A DNA stretch of 58,221 nucleotides, counting the filler, from Sphacelaria rigidula (taxonomy: Eukaryota): assembly GCA_964200075.2 (NCBI GenBank). It is 7 parts of 7 records of this genome, joined end to end, with 100 filler letters (N's around TTAATTAATTAA, not from the genome) between each part and the next. Parts side by side here need not be neighbours in the genome. Positions count along the whole stretch, not along the records: positions 8,333 to 16,564 come from CAXNAA020011835.1; positions 16,665 to 24,896 come from CAXNAA020011836.1; 5 more parts are not named here. The stretch is one strand, 5' to 3'. Below, one piece after another: positions 11,830-23,341 of the stretch. The first letter of the stretch is position 1. Each line of letters opens with the position of its first letter. The translations under genes were made by a program, and so were the position numbers. A model generated the notes under the pieces. It ran no database searches. It worked only from the letters and a program-made list of their open reading frames with translations, and was not told where the DNA came from.

Positions 11830-14215
11830 AGCCACAAAGTTTGCATTACAAAAGGTTGCTCCAAGCCGTCATCTCGCGGTGTACAGGACTACGAGGCGGA
11901 GTTCTGCTCCAGGCACGCCAGGGTGGGAATAATGGAAGTGAACAAGAAGTGCGGCTACGACCGCTGCTCCACGCTTCTGTCGTATGGTGTACCGGGAATC
12001 AAGAAGGCAGACTGCTCCAAGCATGCGATGTCGGGAATGGTGGATGTGGTGCACAAGAAGTGCGCCTACGAGGGCTGCTTGACGAAGCGGTCGTATGGTG
12101 TAGTGGGAAGTAACAAGGCAGAGTTCTGCTCCGAGCATGCAACCGCGGGGATGAAAGATGTGGTGCGCAACAAGTGCGACTACGAGGGCTGCTCCACAAG
12201 GCCGTCGTATGGCGTGGCGGGGAGCAAGAAAGCGGACTTCTGCTCCAAGCACGCGAGATCGGGAATGGTGAATGTGGTAAACAAGAAGTGCGGCTATGAG
12301 GGCTGCTTCACGCATCCGTCGTATGGTGTGGCGGGGAGCAAAAAGGCGGAGTTCTGCTCCACGCATGCGAGGTCGGGCATGGTTGATGTGGTAAACAAGA
12401 AGTGCAGCTACGAGGCCTGCTCTACAAGGCCGTTTTATGGTGTAGCGGGGAGTAACAGGGCCGAGTTCTGCTCCAAGCATGCGAGGTCGGGAATGGTGAA
12501 TGTGGTGAAAAAGAAGTGCAGCCACGAGGGGTGTTCGACGAAGCCGTCGTATGATGTAGCCGGAAGTAAAAGGGCGGAGTTCTGCTCCAAGCATGCGAGG
12601 GCGGGAATGGTGAATGTGGTAAACAAGAGGTGCGGCTACGAAGGCTGCATCATGCACCCGTCGTATGGTGTGGCGGGGAGCAAAAAGGCAGAGTTCTGCT
12701 CCAAGCATGCGAGGGCGGGAATGGTAAATGTGGTGAACAAGAGGTGCGGCTACGAAGGCTGCATCATGCACCCGTCGTATGGTGTGGCGGGGAGCAAAAA
12801 AGCGGAGTTCTGCTCCAAGCATGCGAAGTCGGGAATGGTGGATGTCGTGAAGAAGAAGTGCGAGTACGAGGGCTGCTGTACGAAAGCGTTCTATGGAGTA
12901 GCGGGAAGTAAAAGGGCCGAGTTCTGCTCCAAGCATGCGAGGTCGGGAATGGTGGATGTGGTGAACAAGAATTGCGGCTACGAGGGCTGCTCCAGGCAAC
13001 CGTCGTATGGTGTAGCGGGAAGTAAAAGTGCTGAGTTCTGCTCCAAGCATGCGAGGTCGGGAATGGTGGATGTGGTGAACAAGAAGTGCGGCTACGTGGG
13101 TTGCTCCACGCTTCCGTCGTATGGTGTAGCGGGAAGTAACAAGGCCGAGTTCTGCTCCAAGCATACGAGGTCGCGAATGGTGGATGTGGTGCACAAGAAG
13201 TGCGGCTACGAGGGCTGCTCGACGAAGCCGTCGTATGGTGTAGCGGGAAGTACAAGGGCCGAGTTTTGCTTCAAGCATGCGAGGTCGGGAATGGTGAATG
13301 TGGTAAACAAGAAGTGCGGCTACGAGGGCTGCTCCAAGCAACCGTCGTACGGTGTAGCGGGAAGTAAAAGTGCTGAGTTCTGCTCCAAGCATGCGAGGTC
13401 GGGAATGGTGAGCGTGGTAAAGAAGAAGTGCGGCTACGAGGGCTGCTCCAAGCAACCGTCGTATAGTGTAGCGGGAAGTAAAAGTGCTGAGTTCTGCTCC
13501 AAGCATGCGAGGTCGGGAATGGTGGATGTGGTGAAGAAGAAGTGCGGCTACGAGGACTGCTGCACAAAGGCGTCCTTTGGTGTAGCGGGAAGCAACAGGG
13601 CCGAGTTCTGCTCCAAGCATGCGAGGTCGGGAATGGTGAATGTGGTGCACAAGAAGTGCGGCTACGAAGGCTGCTCGACGAAGCCGTCGTATGGTGTAGC
13701 GGGAAGAAGGGCCGAGTTTTGCTTCAAGCATGTGAGGGCGGGGCTGGTGGATTTGATAAACACGAAGTGCGGCTACGAAGGTTGCTCCAAGCAGCCGTCG
13801 TATGGTGTAGCGGAAAGTACAAGTGCTGAGTTCTGCTCCAAGCATGCGAGGGCGGGAATGGTGAGTTTGACCAAGAAGAAATGCGGCTACGAGGGCTACT
13901 CCCGGCAGCCGTCGTATGGTGTGGCGGGAAGCAAGACGTTGTGCTCCAATCATGCGAGGTCGGGAATGGTGACTGTGGTGAACGAGAAGTGCAGCTATGA
14001 GGGCTGCTCGACGAAGCCATCATATGGTGTGGCGGGGAGCAAGACGGCGATCTGCTGCCAGCACGCGAGGTCGGGAATGGTGAATGTGGCGAAGAAGGAG
14101 TGCGGGTATGAGGGCTGCTCGACGAAGCCGTCGTATGGTGTGGCCGGAAGCAACAAGGCGGAGTTCTGCTTCAAGCATGCGAGGGCGGGAATATCAAACG
14201 TGGTGAGCGAGAAGT
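11830..14215 (+). repeat. Coding minisatellite, 114-bp unit, about 21 copies
   Basis: GAGTTCTGCTCCAAGCATGCGAGGTCGGGAATGGTG recurs about every 114 nt. Confidence 0.95.
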
Positions 14216-14847
14216 GTCAAGAGGGATGGTTCAAACTGACTGTCGACAAAAGGCACACCGTTGATGAGGCAAAGGTCCGCCGAAAACATACCTCTGCATA
14301 CGATACAGCTGCGGCGCCGGACACCGCGAAGCTTCACATTGGGGAGGGCACCCCCCTCCGTAGCCCAACAAAGGTTGGTGGAGGAAGCGTCGCCGATGTA
14401 CGAGGAACGAAACGCAAGCACCCGGGATTCTCGGGTTCTGTTGCAAACGACGGTGTTGGTGCTCGCCGGAGTGCGTTTGCTGGTCCCAGGCAGGTTGTAA
14501 GAACAAAACGCCTAGCTTCTGGGGCTGGTGAAATGATTTCAGAGGCGAGTGCAGGAGATTGGATGAAGGTAGATGTAGCACTCCGTTCTTCCACACACGG
14601 TGGCGATAGGAGTAGGGAGGGTCGCGAGCAGGCTGCCCGTTCAAGTGGTTGGACCAACGAAGGTCGCCGTAGTAGTGTGATTGGCAGTGACGGCGTGTGT
14701 CCGGGGCGGCTTTGCAGTTCGCCGGCTATGGCACGTGAACACCTGGGCATGTTTTATGTGGACGTTGAAGAGGCAGAGGAGAATCCGAACGTGAAGTTGG
14801 AGCTAGGGGTGTCTAGTCCTTTTCGTCGAGCATACGATACAGTGTAG
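11923..14847 (+). CDS. EsV-1-7 cysteine-rich repeat protein (about 20 tandem 38-aa C-x4-C...C-x2-H repeats, then a low-complexity tail with a basic NLS-like motif)
   Basis: 974-aa ORF; unit KKCGYEGCxxxPSYGVAGSxxAEFCSKHARSGMVDVVN matches the EsV-1-7 motif family. The frame stays open upstream to about 11827 with one more degenerate repeat (CITKGC...FCSRH), so the true start or an upstream exon is uncertain. RGTKRKHP lies in the tail. Confidence 0.88.
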   Translation: MGIMEVNKKCGYDRCSTLLSYGVPGIKKADCSKHAMSGMVDVVHKKCAYEGCLTKRSYGVVGSNKAEFCSEHATAGMKDVVRNKCDYEGCSTRPSYGVAGSKKADFCSKHARSGMVNVVNKKCGYEGCFTHPSYGVAGSKKAEFCSTHARSGMVDVVNKKCSYEACSTRPFYGVAGSNRAEFCSKHARSGMVNVVKKKCSHEGCSTKPSYDVAGSKRAEFCSKHARAGMVNVVNKRCGYEGCIMHPSYGVAGSKKAEFCSKHARAGMVNVVNKRCGYEGCIMHPSYGVAGSKKAEFCSKHAKSGMVDVVKKKCEYEGCCTKAFYGVAGSKRAEFCSKHARSGMVDVVNKNCGYEGCSRQPSYGVAGSKSAEFCSKHARSGMVDVVNKKCGYVGCSTLPSYGVAGSNKAEFCSKHTRSRMVDVVHKKCGYEGCSTKPSYGVAGSTRAEFCFKHARSGMVNVVNKKCGYEGCSKQPSYGVAGSKSAEFCSKHARSGMVSVVKKKCGYEGCSKQPSYSVAGSKSAEFCSKHARSGMVDVVKKKCGYEDCCTKASFGVAGSNRAEFCSKHARSGMVNVVHKKCGYEGCSTKPSYGVAGRRAEFCFKHVRAGLVDLINTKCGYEGCSKQPSYGVAESTSAEFCSKHARAGMVSLTKKKCGYEGYSRQPSYGVAGSKTLCSNHARSGMVTVVNEKCSYEGCSTKPSYGVAGSKTAICCQHARSGMVNVAKKECGYEGCSTKPSYGVAGSNKAEFCFKHARAGISNVVSEKCQEGWFKLTVDKRHTVDEAKVRRKHTSAYDTAAAPDTAKLHIGEGTPLRSPTKVGGGSVADVRGTKRKHPGFSGSVANDGVGARRSAFAGPRQVVRTKRLASGAGEMISEASAGDWMKVDVALRSSTHGGDRSREGREQAARSSGWTNEGRRSSVIGSDGVCPGRLCSSPAMAREHLGMFYVDVEEAEENPNVKLELGVSSPFRRAYDTV

Positions 14848-16958
14848 GTGACACTCAGTGTTGTGCCTAGAGAACGTAAAATCTTTGCGGATGTTCGCGT
14901 ACAAGAGTCATCGTGTAAAATACCAGCGGAGAGCATGCCCAAAGTGTGTGTAATCCGCACAATCGAGGAGTCTGTTGGAAAGGATCTACGGCCCAAGACG
15001 GGGCATATCTGAAAAGGGATGTTTAAGGCTGGATCGTCGGCGCAAGTCACAGGCTGAGAACGTGATGATGTCCCGCTTTCGGTGGTGTGCATGGTGTTGC
15101 TCGGTACGGGTGCGATGCGGGCCCCATGGTACGCCGATACTTGGCGGCCACGATTGGCGTTCCCGCTCATCACCACTGTCAGGGTGTAGTTTAGGGAGTG
15201 TGGAATCCGCCTGAAAAAGAAACATCTCACTAGCTTTCAGCACAAATGAAAACGGCGCAGCTGGCGGCGTTTCAATTTGAAAACTTGTTCTCTACCATTA
15301 TAAAGTGCGATTGAGAGTGTGGTCTTATTCATAACATGTATCGTTCCGCCGGTTCCGATAATGAGACGAACAGTTTACATGTGTGGCATGTTGGAACATT
15401 CCTGCCACCCGTTGCCTGAATGGAATGGCAGAATAATGTTGAAAAATGTTGCGCGCTGGCCCACAGGTCGCATTTGTGGAAAAATACACCGTTCAAGATG
15501 TCTCCAAAGTAGTGTGAGTCGTGCGGGTCGAGTGAAAGATACGATTTAGCCAGGTTGTGCCCGAATTCATTCGCAAATGCAGTTGATGCCACCATTCGTC
15601 GTGTGGACTTGGGACTCATGGATATCTTAAAATCACGTTTCTGTTCAAACATTTCGCCGCAGTTTCCGTCGTTGTTTTTGAAAGCGCAAGTCATCGCGTG
15701 TGATATGACTGTTGATATCCCGCGCCCTTTCGTGCCGAGAAAAGTCGCAAAACGTGGTGGGACCCTGGATTCTGTTCCATGATCTCACCCTCGACGGCAG
15801 CGAATCATAACAAATTCTCTTGCACGAAGCCAATGGAGCGCCTCCCGTCTATGAGCTGCAGCAAATCGATTTTGCCAGGGACTCTCGCCAACCGCATCGG
15901 ATTTCCGAAAATGCACTCGAAGCGTGTGCCGACGGACCCATCAAGAATAGCTCATAAGCCATGAACACGGGAAAACAAATACTACCGGATCAGCAAATTA
16001 GCTGCAAAACACCGGGAGCACTTGGAACTGGCCAACCAAAAACAAAAATCATGCTGTGCTGAACAGCAGTCAACCGTACAACGAACACCGGACGCTGGGT
16101 CTCGGTAGACTCCAAGACCACCGCTCCTGCTCCACCTCTACCCCATCCGTGCTCTCCTCCTTGAGGGACAGTACGTGGCCTACACAAATCGCTGACTCTG
16201 CGCAATTTGATGTCACGCCGAGCGTCGACACTCAAAAGAGATGCGTCTTGCACGTCTTCTGCATGATCCTGCGGTAATGATTGATCGGGGGCAGCGGCGA
16301 AGGGTACGGGTGATCGCGAGAGTTAATGGGGCAGGTTACAGTCGATAGATCGGGCGCTTCAGTACAGCTGGGCGAATTTCAACAACCTCGAATTAGAAAC
16401 TGGCGCAGACAGGACGTCCTTCTGTCCCGTGTGGGGATGATGCTTCCAAACGTATCCATTTACTTGGCACCACGCGAAGACGATACCGACACATTCAACA
16501 CTAGGCGGGTACTCACGATCGAAAAGACTTGGACTCATCATGCCGAGCAGCTGGGCACTCTCGANNNNNNNNNNNNNNNNNNNNNNNNNNNNNNNNNNNN
16601 NNNNNNNNTTAATTAATTAANNNNNNNNNNNNNNNNNNNNNNNNNNNNNNNNNNNNNNNNNNNNAAGATATCTAACTCAAGGATCCATATAAAAGAGGTA
16701 CTTGTACCCGGAATCTCGGGTTAGATTTGTGCTATTATCCGACTACCCGAACCGTCACTAGTTGTCCCGCGAATTTGCTACAGAGTAAAAAACTCACACA
16801 AAATATATACAGTTAGATTGCTGGCTGTGTAAATTTCCAACACATGCGGGGCGACAGCAAGCAACACATTACAACCAACCGTAGGCGGTGAACGCAAAAA
16901 CTACAACACCTCAAGCGGTACAGCAACCGCAAAACAGGGTGACGGAAACCGCAGCGGA

Positions 16959-16959
<1 letters not shown>

Positions 16960-16989
<30 letters not shown>

Positions 16990-17058
16990 CAGCAGTAAGG
17001 CAACGCAACACCGGCACGGCACCAGCGAACAACAACACAACGGCGGTACTGCAGCACG

Positions 17059-17092
<34 letters not shown>
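16960..17092. repeat. (CAG)n and (CAA)n trinucleotide microsatellites
   Basis: Direct reading of the sequence. Confidence 0.9.
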
Positions 17093-20000
17093 GAGGGCAA
17101 CGGGACACCCGCAAAACGGCAGTGGCTCGGCAGCTCCAAGATGTCCTGAAGTGTGGCAGTCCATCGTGCAGCCCGGAGTATTGTAGCACGTTCAAAAGTA
17201 CTGGACCTCGCCGAGTTGTAGCGCGTTCCGGTGGCTGGTTCGGATGTGCTCGGACGACCGTTTTGTGCTACTCATTCAATTTTATATCGGCTTAGGTCAT
17301 TGTGCTTCGAACGCCTGGTTACCTCCGTCATATCGTAGGGTACGACACTGTTGTAGCGGAAGCAACTGGTCTTGGTCACCCGTAAATGAGTATCATTATG
17401 CAGCGGGCGAAAAGACGGAGCACAGGGCACCCACGGGGCAAAACCAGGGAAAAGACAGGGCACCACGGGACAAAAACAAACTACATAGCCCATGCTCAAC
17501 TTTTTATGCTCGACGTACGTATGGTAAGTCGACGACAGGACAAAAGAGTGCAAGAGCCGAAGCAGCATACCTGGCACATTGATATTGCAGTGCGGATCAA
17601 ACCCATGACGCGATAACACCCCCTCTGAAAAAAACTGTTTTTTCGTTGGGACGTAGCCGGGGGTAACACCATCGGCACGCAAGGAAACTACGGGTTGGGC
17701 ACCATGTCACGAATCACGTGGAGGATGTCTAGAGGTGAAGGGTGCCAGTTCGTGGGCACCCGAGTAGCCATCGCTCTGATCTCACATGAGGTGCTGAAAA
17801 TATTCCAGGTTATTATGCTGCTATATAAGCTCCTTTAACGTGGGTTACGCGACCTTACATAAGGTGATGGGTGTAATCCAGGTTATATAACCGTATAACC
17901 TCCCGTAACGGGTACCAGTGGCCACCCGTGCACCCCCAACCGTACACTTGTCCTACTAATAAATATGCTGCTGCTGCTGCTGCTGCTTCCTCTCGTGCGG
18001 GAGGCGACCCGCGTTTCGACGTGCGACAACACGCATGCACCTGGCGCGTTATTGCCTCCTCCATGCTTGACATCGACTTTGATCTGTATGCGTGTTGTTT
18101 CGCTCACACTGTATCAGTATACTACAGTACGGGATGCGAATTGCTCACAAAACATATAGAACATTTTGCCCCGAAAGTGTCCTGGCTCTTCCTGATAGAC
18201 TTGTCAAGCTAGCCCGTCAGAAACAAAGGATCCGTCCGGTCGGTCCCAAGAGCACCCCAGAAGGCCTTCTGCGCACGCTACACACGCTGCCGCAGGTGCA
18301 GTACTCACGGTCGTACTGATGGGTCATTTTTTCAGGTGGAAATTTTATTCAATGCAGATGTCTCACCCTCGGAGTGACTATAGACAAATCCGACTCAAGA
18401 CAGAGTACAACAGCAACAGTAAACAGGGGATCCTGGAAAATGAGGTTCATCTCAAAAATAAGGTTCAAGTGGCATATTTGTTTTGCAGGGACGACGAAAA
18501 ACAGTAACACAAAGCGAAACCATCTTTCCCCCCACAACTCCGCAACTGTGAACCATCAGTTGTGGCTAAATGCACCGAACGACTGCGGTGTACACGCGTG
18601 TCGATGACGATATCACCAGAGAGAGAAGCAACGACAGAGAGGAAGCTCCTCGCCCGTGTCCTTTGTGTGCCCTTGATGGGCGATTACCAATCGCTCGAGA
18701 GACTGACATCATGTATGTTACCAGCACGTGCCGAAGTTCTGATGTGCCTGTAGGTATCCCCAAAGCACATCGAGCTGCGGAGAGATTTCGTCTCTTTGTC
18801 TCTGTAGGACATCAATGCGAAGATCGATTTTTCTCTGCCTCTCTTTTTGGACAGGATGCGCTTCTGAGCGCTGAAACACTGGGCAATATTTCCGTTACCG
18901 CTACTACTACTGTTGCCAGCAAGGACGGTGCACTGCGCAGAAAAATAACAGGTGGTCCAATTTGAACTTGGGGGGTGTTATTCATCGTTGATTTTACCCG
19001 ACATGAGCACAAGAGCCTGCCACAAGCCAGTTGGGGTGTGTGTGAGAGACATCAAGAACTTGTGGAGACCTTCTTGACATGCGGAGTGGGAAAATATACC
19101 TATGGTTGTGACCTTACTGTTGCTAGCGTGCTGCAGAGGGGTGCGCCAGCTGCAATCTGGAGCTTTCGTTGCTCTACTCTACTGGCTTCCGTCTGCACAG
19201 AGTATGCCGAGATGTCACACACGGGAAGAACATGTTATTATGTACCCAAATTCGGAACAGCTACTGTATGAAAACAGAACAGTTCGCCTTTCGAAACTAC
19301 ATCCGGATGATTAAAATGGCTCTCCTTACCCGAGAAACTACGGCTTCCCCGTCCCCCCGTGAGGTATGGAACAAGGACGACAGAGTTTTTGGAAGTGCAT
19401 GTAACGCTCACGGGGGAACGCAGAGTTTCTCGTGTACGAAAATCTCCGTTTTCCTATCCGCAAAGAATTTTATGCCCGTGACTTTCTAATATTAACGTCA
19501 AACAGTCGATTTGTGTTCCGTACTGTACTCATTGGCGGATGCCAATCGCAGCAAAGCTGGTGGCGCTATTCGACAATATCTTCGAACGTTTGAACGGACC
19601 CCAAGCGGACACTTTCCCTCGGGTAAGGAGAGCCATTTTAATCATCCGGATGTAGTTTCGAAAAGCGAACTGTTCTGTTTTCATACAGTAGCTGTTCCGA
19701 ATTTGGGTACATAATAACATGTTCTTCCCGTGTGTGACATCTCGGCATACGCTGTGCAGACGGAAGCCAGTAGAGTAGAGCAACGAAAGCTCCAGATTGC
19801 AGCTGGCGCACCCCTCTGCAGCATGCTAGCAACAGTTAGGTCACAACCATAGGTATATTTTTCCACTCCACATGTCAAGAAGGTCTCCACAAGTTCTTGA
19901 TGTCTCTCTCACACACACACCAACTGGCTTTTGGCAGGCTCTTGTGCTCATGTCGGGTAAAACCAACGATGAATGACACCCCCCAAGTTCAAATTGGACC

Positions 20001-20147
20001 ACCTGTTGTTTTTGCCGCGCAGTGCACAGTCCTTGCTGGCAACAGTAGTAGTAGCGGTAACGGAAACATTGCCCAGTGTTTCAGCGCTCAGAAGCGCATG
20101 CTGTCCAAAAAGAGAGGCAGAGAGAAATCGATCTTCGCATTGGTGTC

Positions 20148-21548
20148 TGTAGAGTAGTCCACCTGCAGTATCATGCAGCATGTAGATATGCGGCGGATCC
20201 TGGATTGATTGTTTGGAGGATGACTATCGGATGCGTAACATATCGTGTTCGTGAGGAAATCTTGTGAAGCTTACTTCTGGTTAACGAAGACTGCCGTTTG
20301 TATAACTGCTTGAAGTCTTGAAGTCTCTGGAGCCCGTGACTGGGAGGAAGCCTCTGGAGCAGCACTGTAGCCTTGTCCTGATTGCAGGCAGGTTTACAAT
20401 AAACGTTTATTCAGGAAACTTGTCGTTTCTAGATTGGGTTTTGGACGTCGCACCCGACTGTTTGTAAAAGTGAGGACGCTCACGTTGAATAGTAGGGGGG
20501 GGGAGCGGCGTAGAGAGAGGCGCAGGCCACACGAATCCAAGGCGACTGCGGTGACAGGAGGCTGTTGGAAGGGTGGCAGCACGAAAAAAAGGGGGCACCA
20601 GCGGGCCGGTTGATGAGGTGAAGCTTGCAGCAACCGAATTGACCTTGGGTGGATCCTTAAAATTGCCCGAATATGTGCTAGCGTTCAGTGAGCAAGCTTC
20701 CAAGCGCTTTTACCAAAGATATCGCGAATATGAGGAGGCAGTGGGGAAAAGTAACCAAGGCCGGTCGGGAAAGTGCACACTCTTGACCATGCAAGAGTTG
20801 GTGCCAAAGCACATCCAGAAATGCGTGTCTGACACCATCTTTGACGAGTCGCCACTCGACGAAGACGAATTGCAGCAAGGGATTGCACGCCATGCCAAAT
20901 GCTGGATCGAGATGGAAATTTATCCTTCCGAAGCTGCAGCAGGCGTGAAAAAGGCCCTTGCCGCACGGTCTGAACCAACTGCAATGGGTCGAGTAGACGG
21001 GCAATGAAGTTCATTAGAGGAGTACTTTGCGGAAAATGCAGGTGCCGAGTGCGTTTTCCTTGAATCTGGCCGTACGTTCAAGGCTGGCCTAGCACACGTT
21101 ATTACCAGATGTATGGTCGCCGGCCTGACCCCACCTGAGTTCAAGAATAAAGTTCAAAATATACTTGATATGAAAAGGGACTGGAAAGAGAGCCCGAAAG
21201 TGGTTTATGAGGTAGCTCGTGACTTGGCGGGAAAATGGAAAACTGTTGAGGAGGTTGACAAACACCGCCGACAGCAACCGCAACTTAGGCAAAAAGGCGG
21301 CTCACAAGGCTCCAAAACACTGACATCGCATGCCGGCGCCGCGGCTGGGCCGCCGCAGCAGGTACTGGCGGCGCAGGTAGTGGCGGTAAAAGCTCGAAAA
21401 AGCCCGACAAATCTGGTCCGAGCTATGCAGGTTGTATTGAGTATGGCGATAAGGGCCACCATAAGAAGAACTGTCACAAACAGAGCACACCTGCGGCCGC
21501 GGTGAGTGCGTCCGATGGGCAAGCAAAGTCGTCGCCGCCGCCGCCGCC

Positions 21549-21597
<49 letters not shown>

Positions 21598-23341
21598 GTC
21601 CATGCTCAGCGGGGGGACGGTGAAGGTCCTGCTCCCACACGGGCTGTTTTCCCAGGGGATGGAACGCAAGGGGGTGCGAGTAGTGCGGATAGCATGGTGC
21701 CGCCCCAGCCTTCCGCTCCAGCTCCTGCAGCTCAAACCCAACTGGCAGCGGGACCGGCTCAGGAGTGGACGTGTCAGACAATACCGGTACATACCGGCGC
21801 ATACCGGCGGGGTCTGCACACCGCTGAGGTTGCAGATTTACAGGCTGAGGGTGTAATAGTTGACCGCAAGCAGCGATGCTGCCGGGCAGACTTGTCCGCT
21901 CCAGGTTCCACAGTCAAGAACGTCTGCCCTGTTACTGCAGTTTTGGACTCGGAGGCTGGCATCACTATCATGTCTGGAAAAGTGGCGGTCCAGTTGCAAG
22001 CAGTGTTCCCTGATGTGTCCGTTGTCACCAGTATGGCTCGTGCACACCCGGTGAAACTAGCTGATGGTAGTGTACGAAGTATGCCGTCGAAGACGTGCCT
22101 AGTGCGCACCGCTCTGCACACCAGCTGGAGGCCGGTGGTGTTGGATCCGTGTCACTATGCGGTTATGCCAGGTGCCGATGATGTGGTGATCCTCGGGAGC
22201 GGTACGCTGGAAGCCATGGGCATTGACGCGTACAGTGGGCTGAACGCATGCGCACGCTCAAGACCCGCGTTGGTGAGAGGTGTAGATATGCCTGAATTCC
22301 GAGAATGTAGGCGTGTAAGGATTGCCATTGAGGCGTTACAGGATCCAGGTGGACAAGACGAGCCTGTGGATCCCTCCGTTGAGCGATTGATGTCGCGTGG
22401 TCCCGAGATGGACATGAATCCGGAGGAGGAACTGGCAGAGCGTCGTGTTGCACTGGATCATGCAGTACAGGCGGCTGCGGACAAGGGTATGTCGGCGAGC
22501 GGCGTTGATAAGTTTCGGGAGGTTGTTGGGCGCCGTGTCAACGCCTTTAGGCGAGCACTGCGCGGTGATCCGCCTGCTCGAGTAGAGCCCTTGAAGATGA
22601 GATTCAAACCCAGGGCTAGGGCAGTCAAGGCGAGCCCGCGGGTGTATTCCCCTGTAAAGGCAACGTCGTTAGCGGGGTGTATGGCAACGCTGGTGGCGCT
22701 TGGGCTAGTCTTTCGCAGCTTACAGGCGGTGTGGGCGAGTGCGGCCATGGCAGTTGTGACTAACAAAGCAGGTACGGGCGCGTTTGCTGGCTAAGTATGG
22801 GCTCAAGCTCTGATTGATCGGGTTTCAAGCTGTGATTGGTTGTTGGCGTAGTCCATGGATTTTACTATGCAATTTGGTGTACATTGAGTATACCGCTTGG
22901 TTATTGTTTGCCCAACATATTGGAGTAGTTCGTGCTGGTGTATTAGGATTATACTGGGGGAGGCATCGTGATTTGACCTGATGCGGTCTGATAATGCTTG
23001 TCTCTTGTTGACATCGTAGGGTACTGTCGATGTCTACTGTTTTGTCAAATTCTCTTTCTACTTCGAGTAGTGCGAAGTTTTGGAGGGTGCTGTAGAGTAG
23101 TCCACCTACAGTATCATGCAGCATGTAGATATGCGGCGGATCCTGGATTGATTGTTTGGAGGATGACTATTGGATGCGTAACATATCGTGTTCGTGAGGA
23201 AAGCTTGTGAAGCTTACTTCTGGTTAACGAAGACTGCCGTTTGTGTGACTGCTTGAAGTCTTGAAGTCTCTGGAGCCCGTGATTGGGAGGAAGCCTCTGG
23301 AGCAGCACTGTAGCCTTGTCCTGATTGCAGGCAGGTTTACA
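20148..23341 (+). mobile_element. Internally deleted Ty3/Gypsy LTR retrotransposon nested in the foldback element
   Basis: 251-bp LTRs TGTAGAG...TTTACA at 20148-20398 and 23091-23341 (6 mismatches counted by eye); TGTC TSD (20144-20147, 23342-23345), confirmed against the uninterrupted opposite arm. Confidence 0.93.
20573..22794 (+). pseudogene. Disrupted gag-protease ORF of the LTR element, truncated at the start of RT
   Basis: Gag-like segment with a stop at 21005-21007 and a frameshift; degenerate zinc knuckle CIEYGDKGHHKKNC (21433-21474); polyP/polyQ linker; aspartic protease VLDSEAGITIM...VILG; pre-RT VWASAAM; no RT, RNase H or integrase. Confidence 0.85.

Noticed and set aside
11869-13953. 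694-aa antisense ORF and other overlapping ORFs in the EsV-1-7 array
   Set aside because: Shadow frames created by the in-frame 114-bp repeat; the + frame carries the recognised motif.
16813-17195. PolyC/V/L/A ORFs, and a possible gag zinc knuckle on the + strand
   Set aside because: The ORFs are translations of CAG/CAA microsatellites; the knuckle-like motifs are too degenerate to call.
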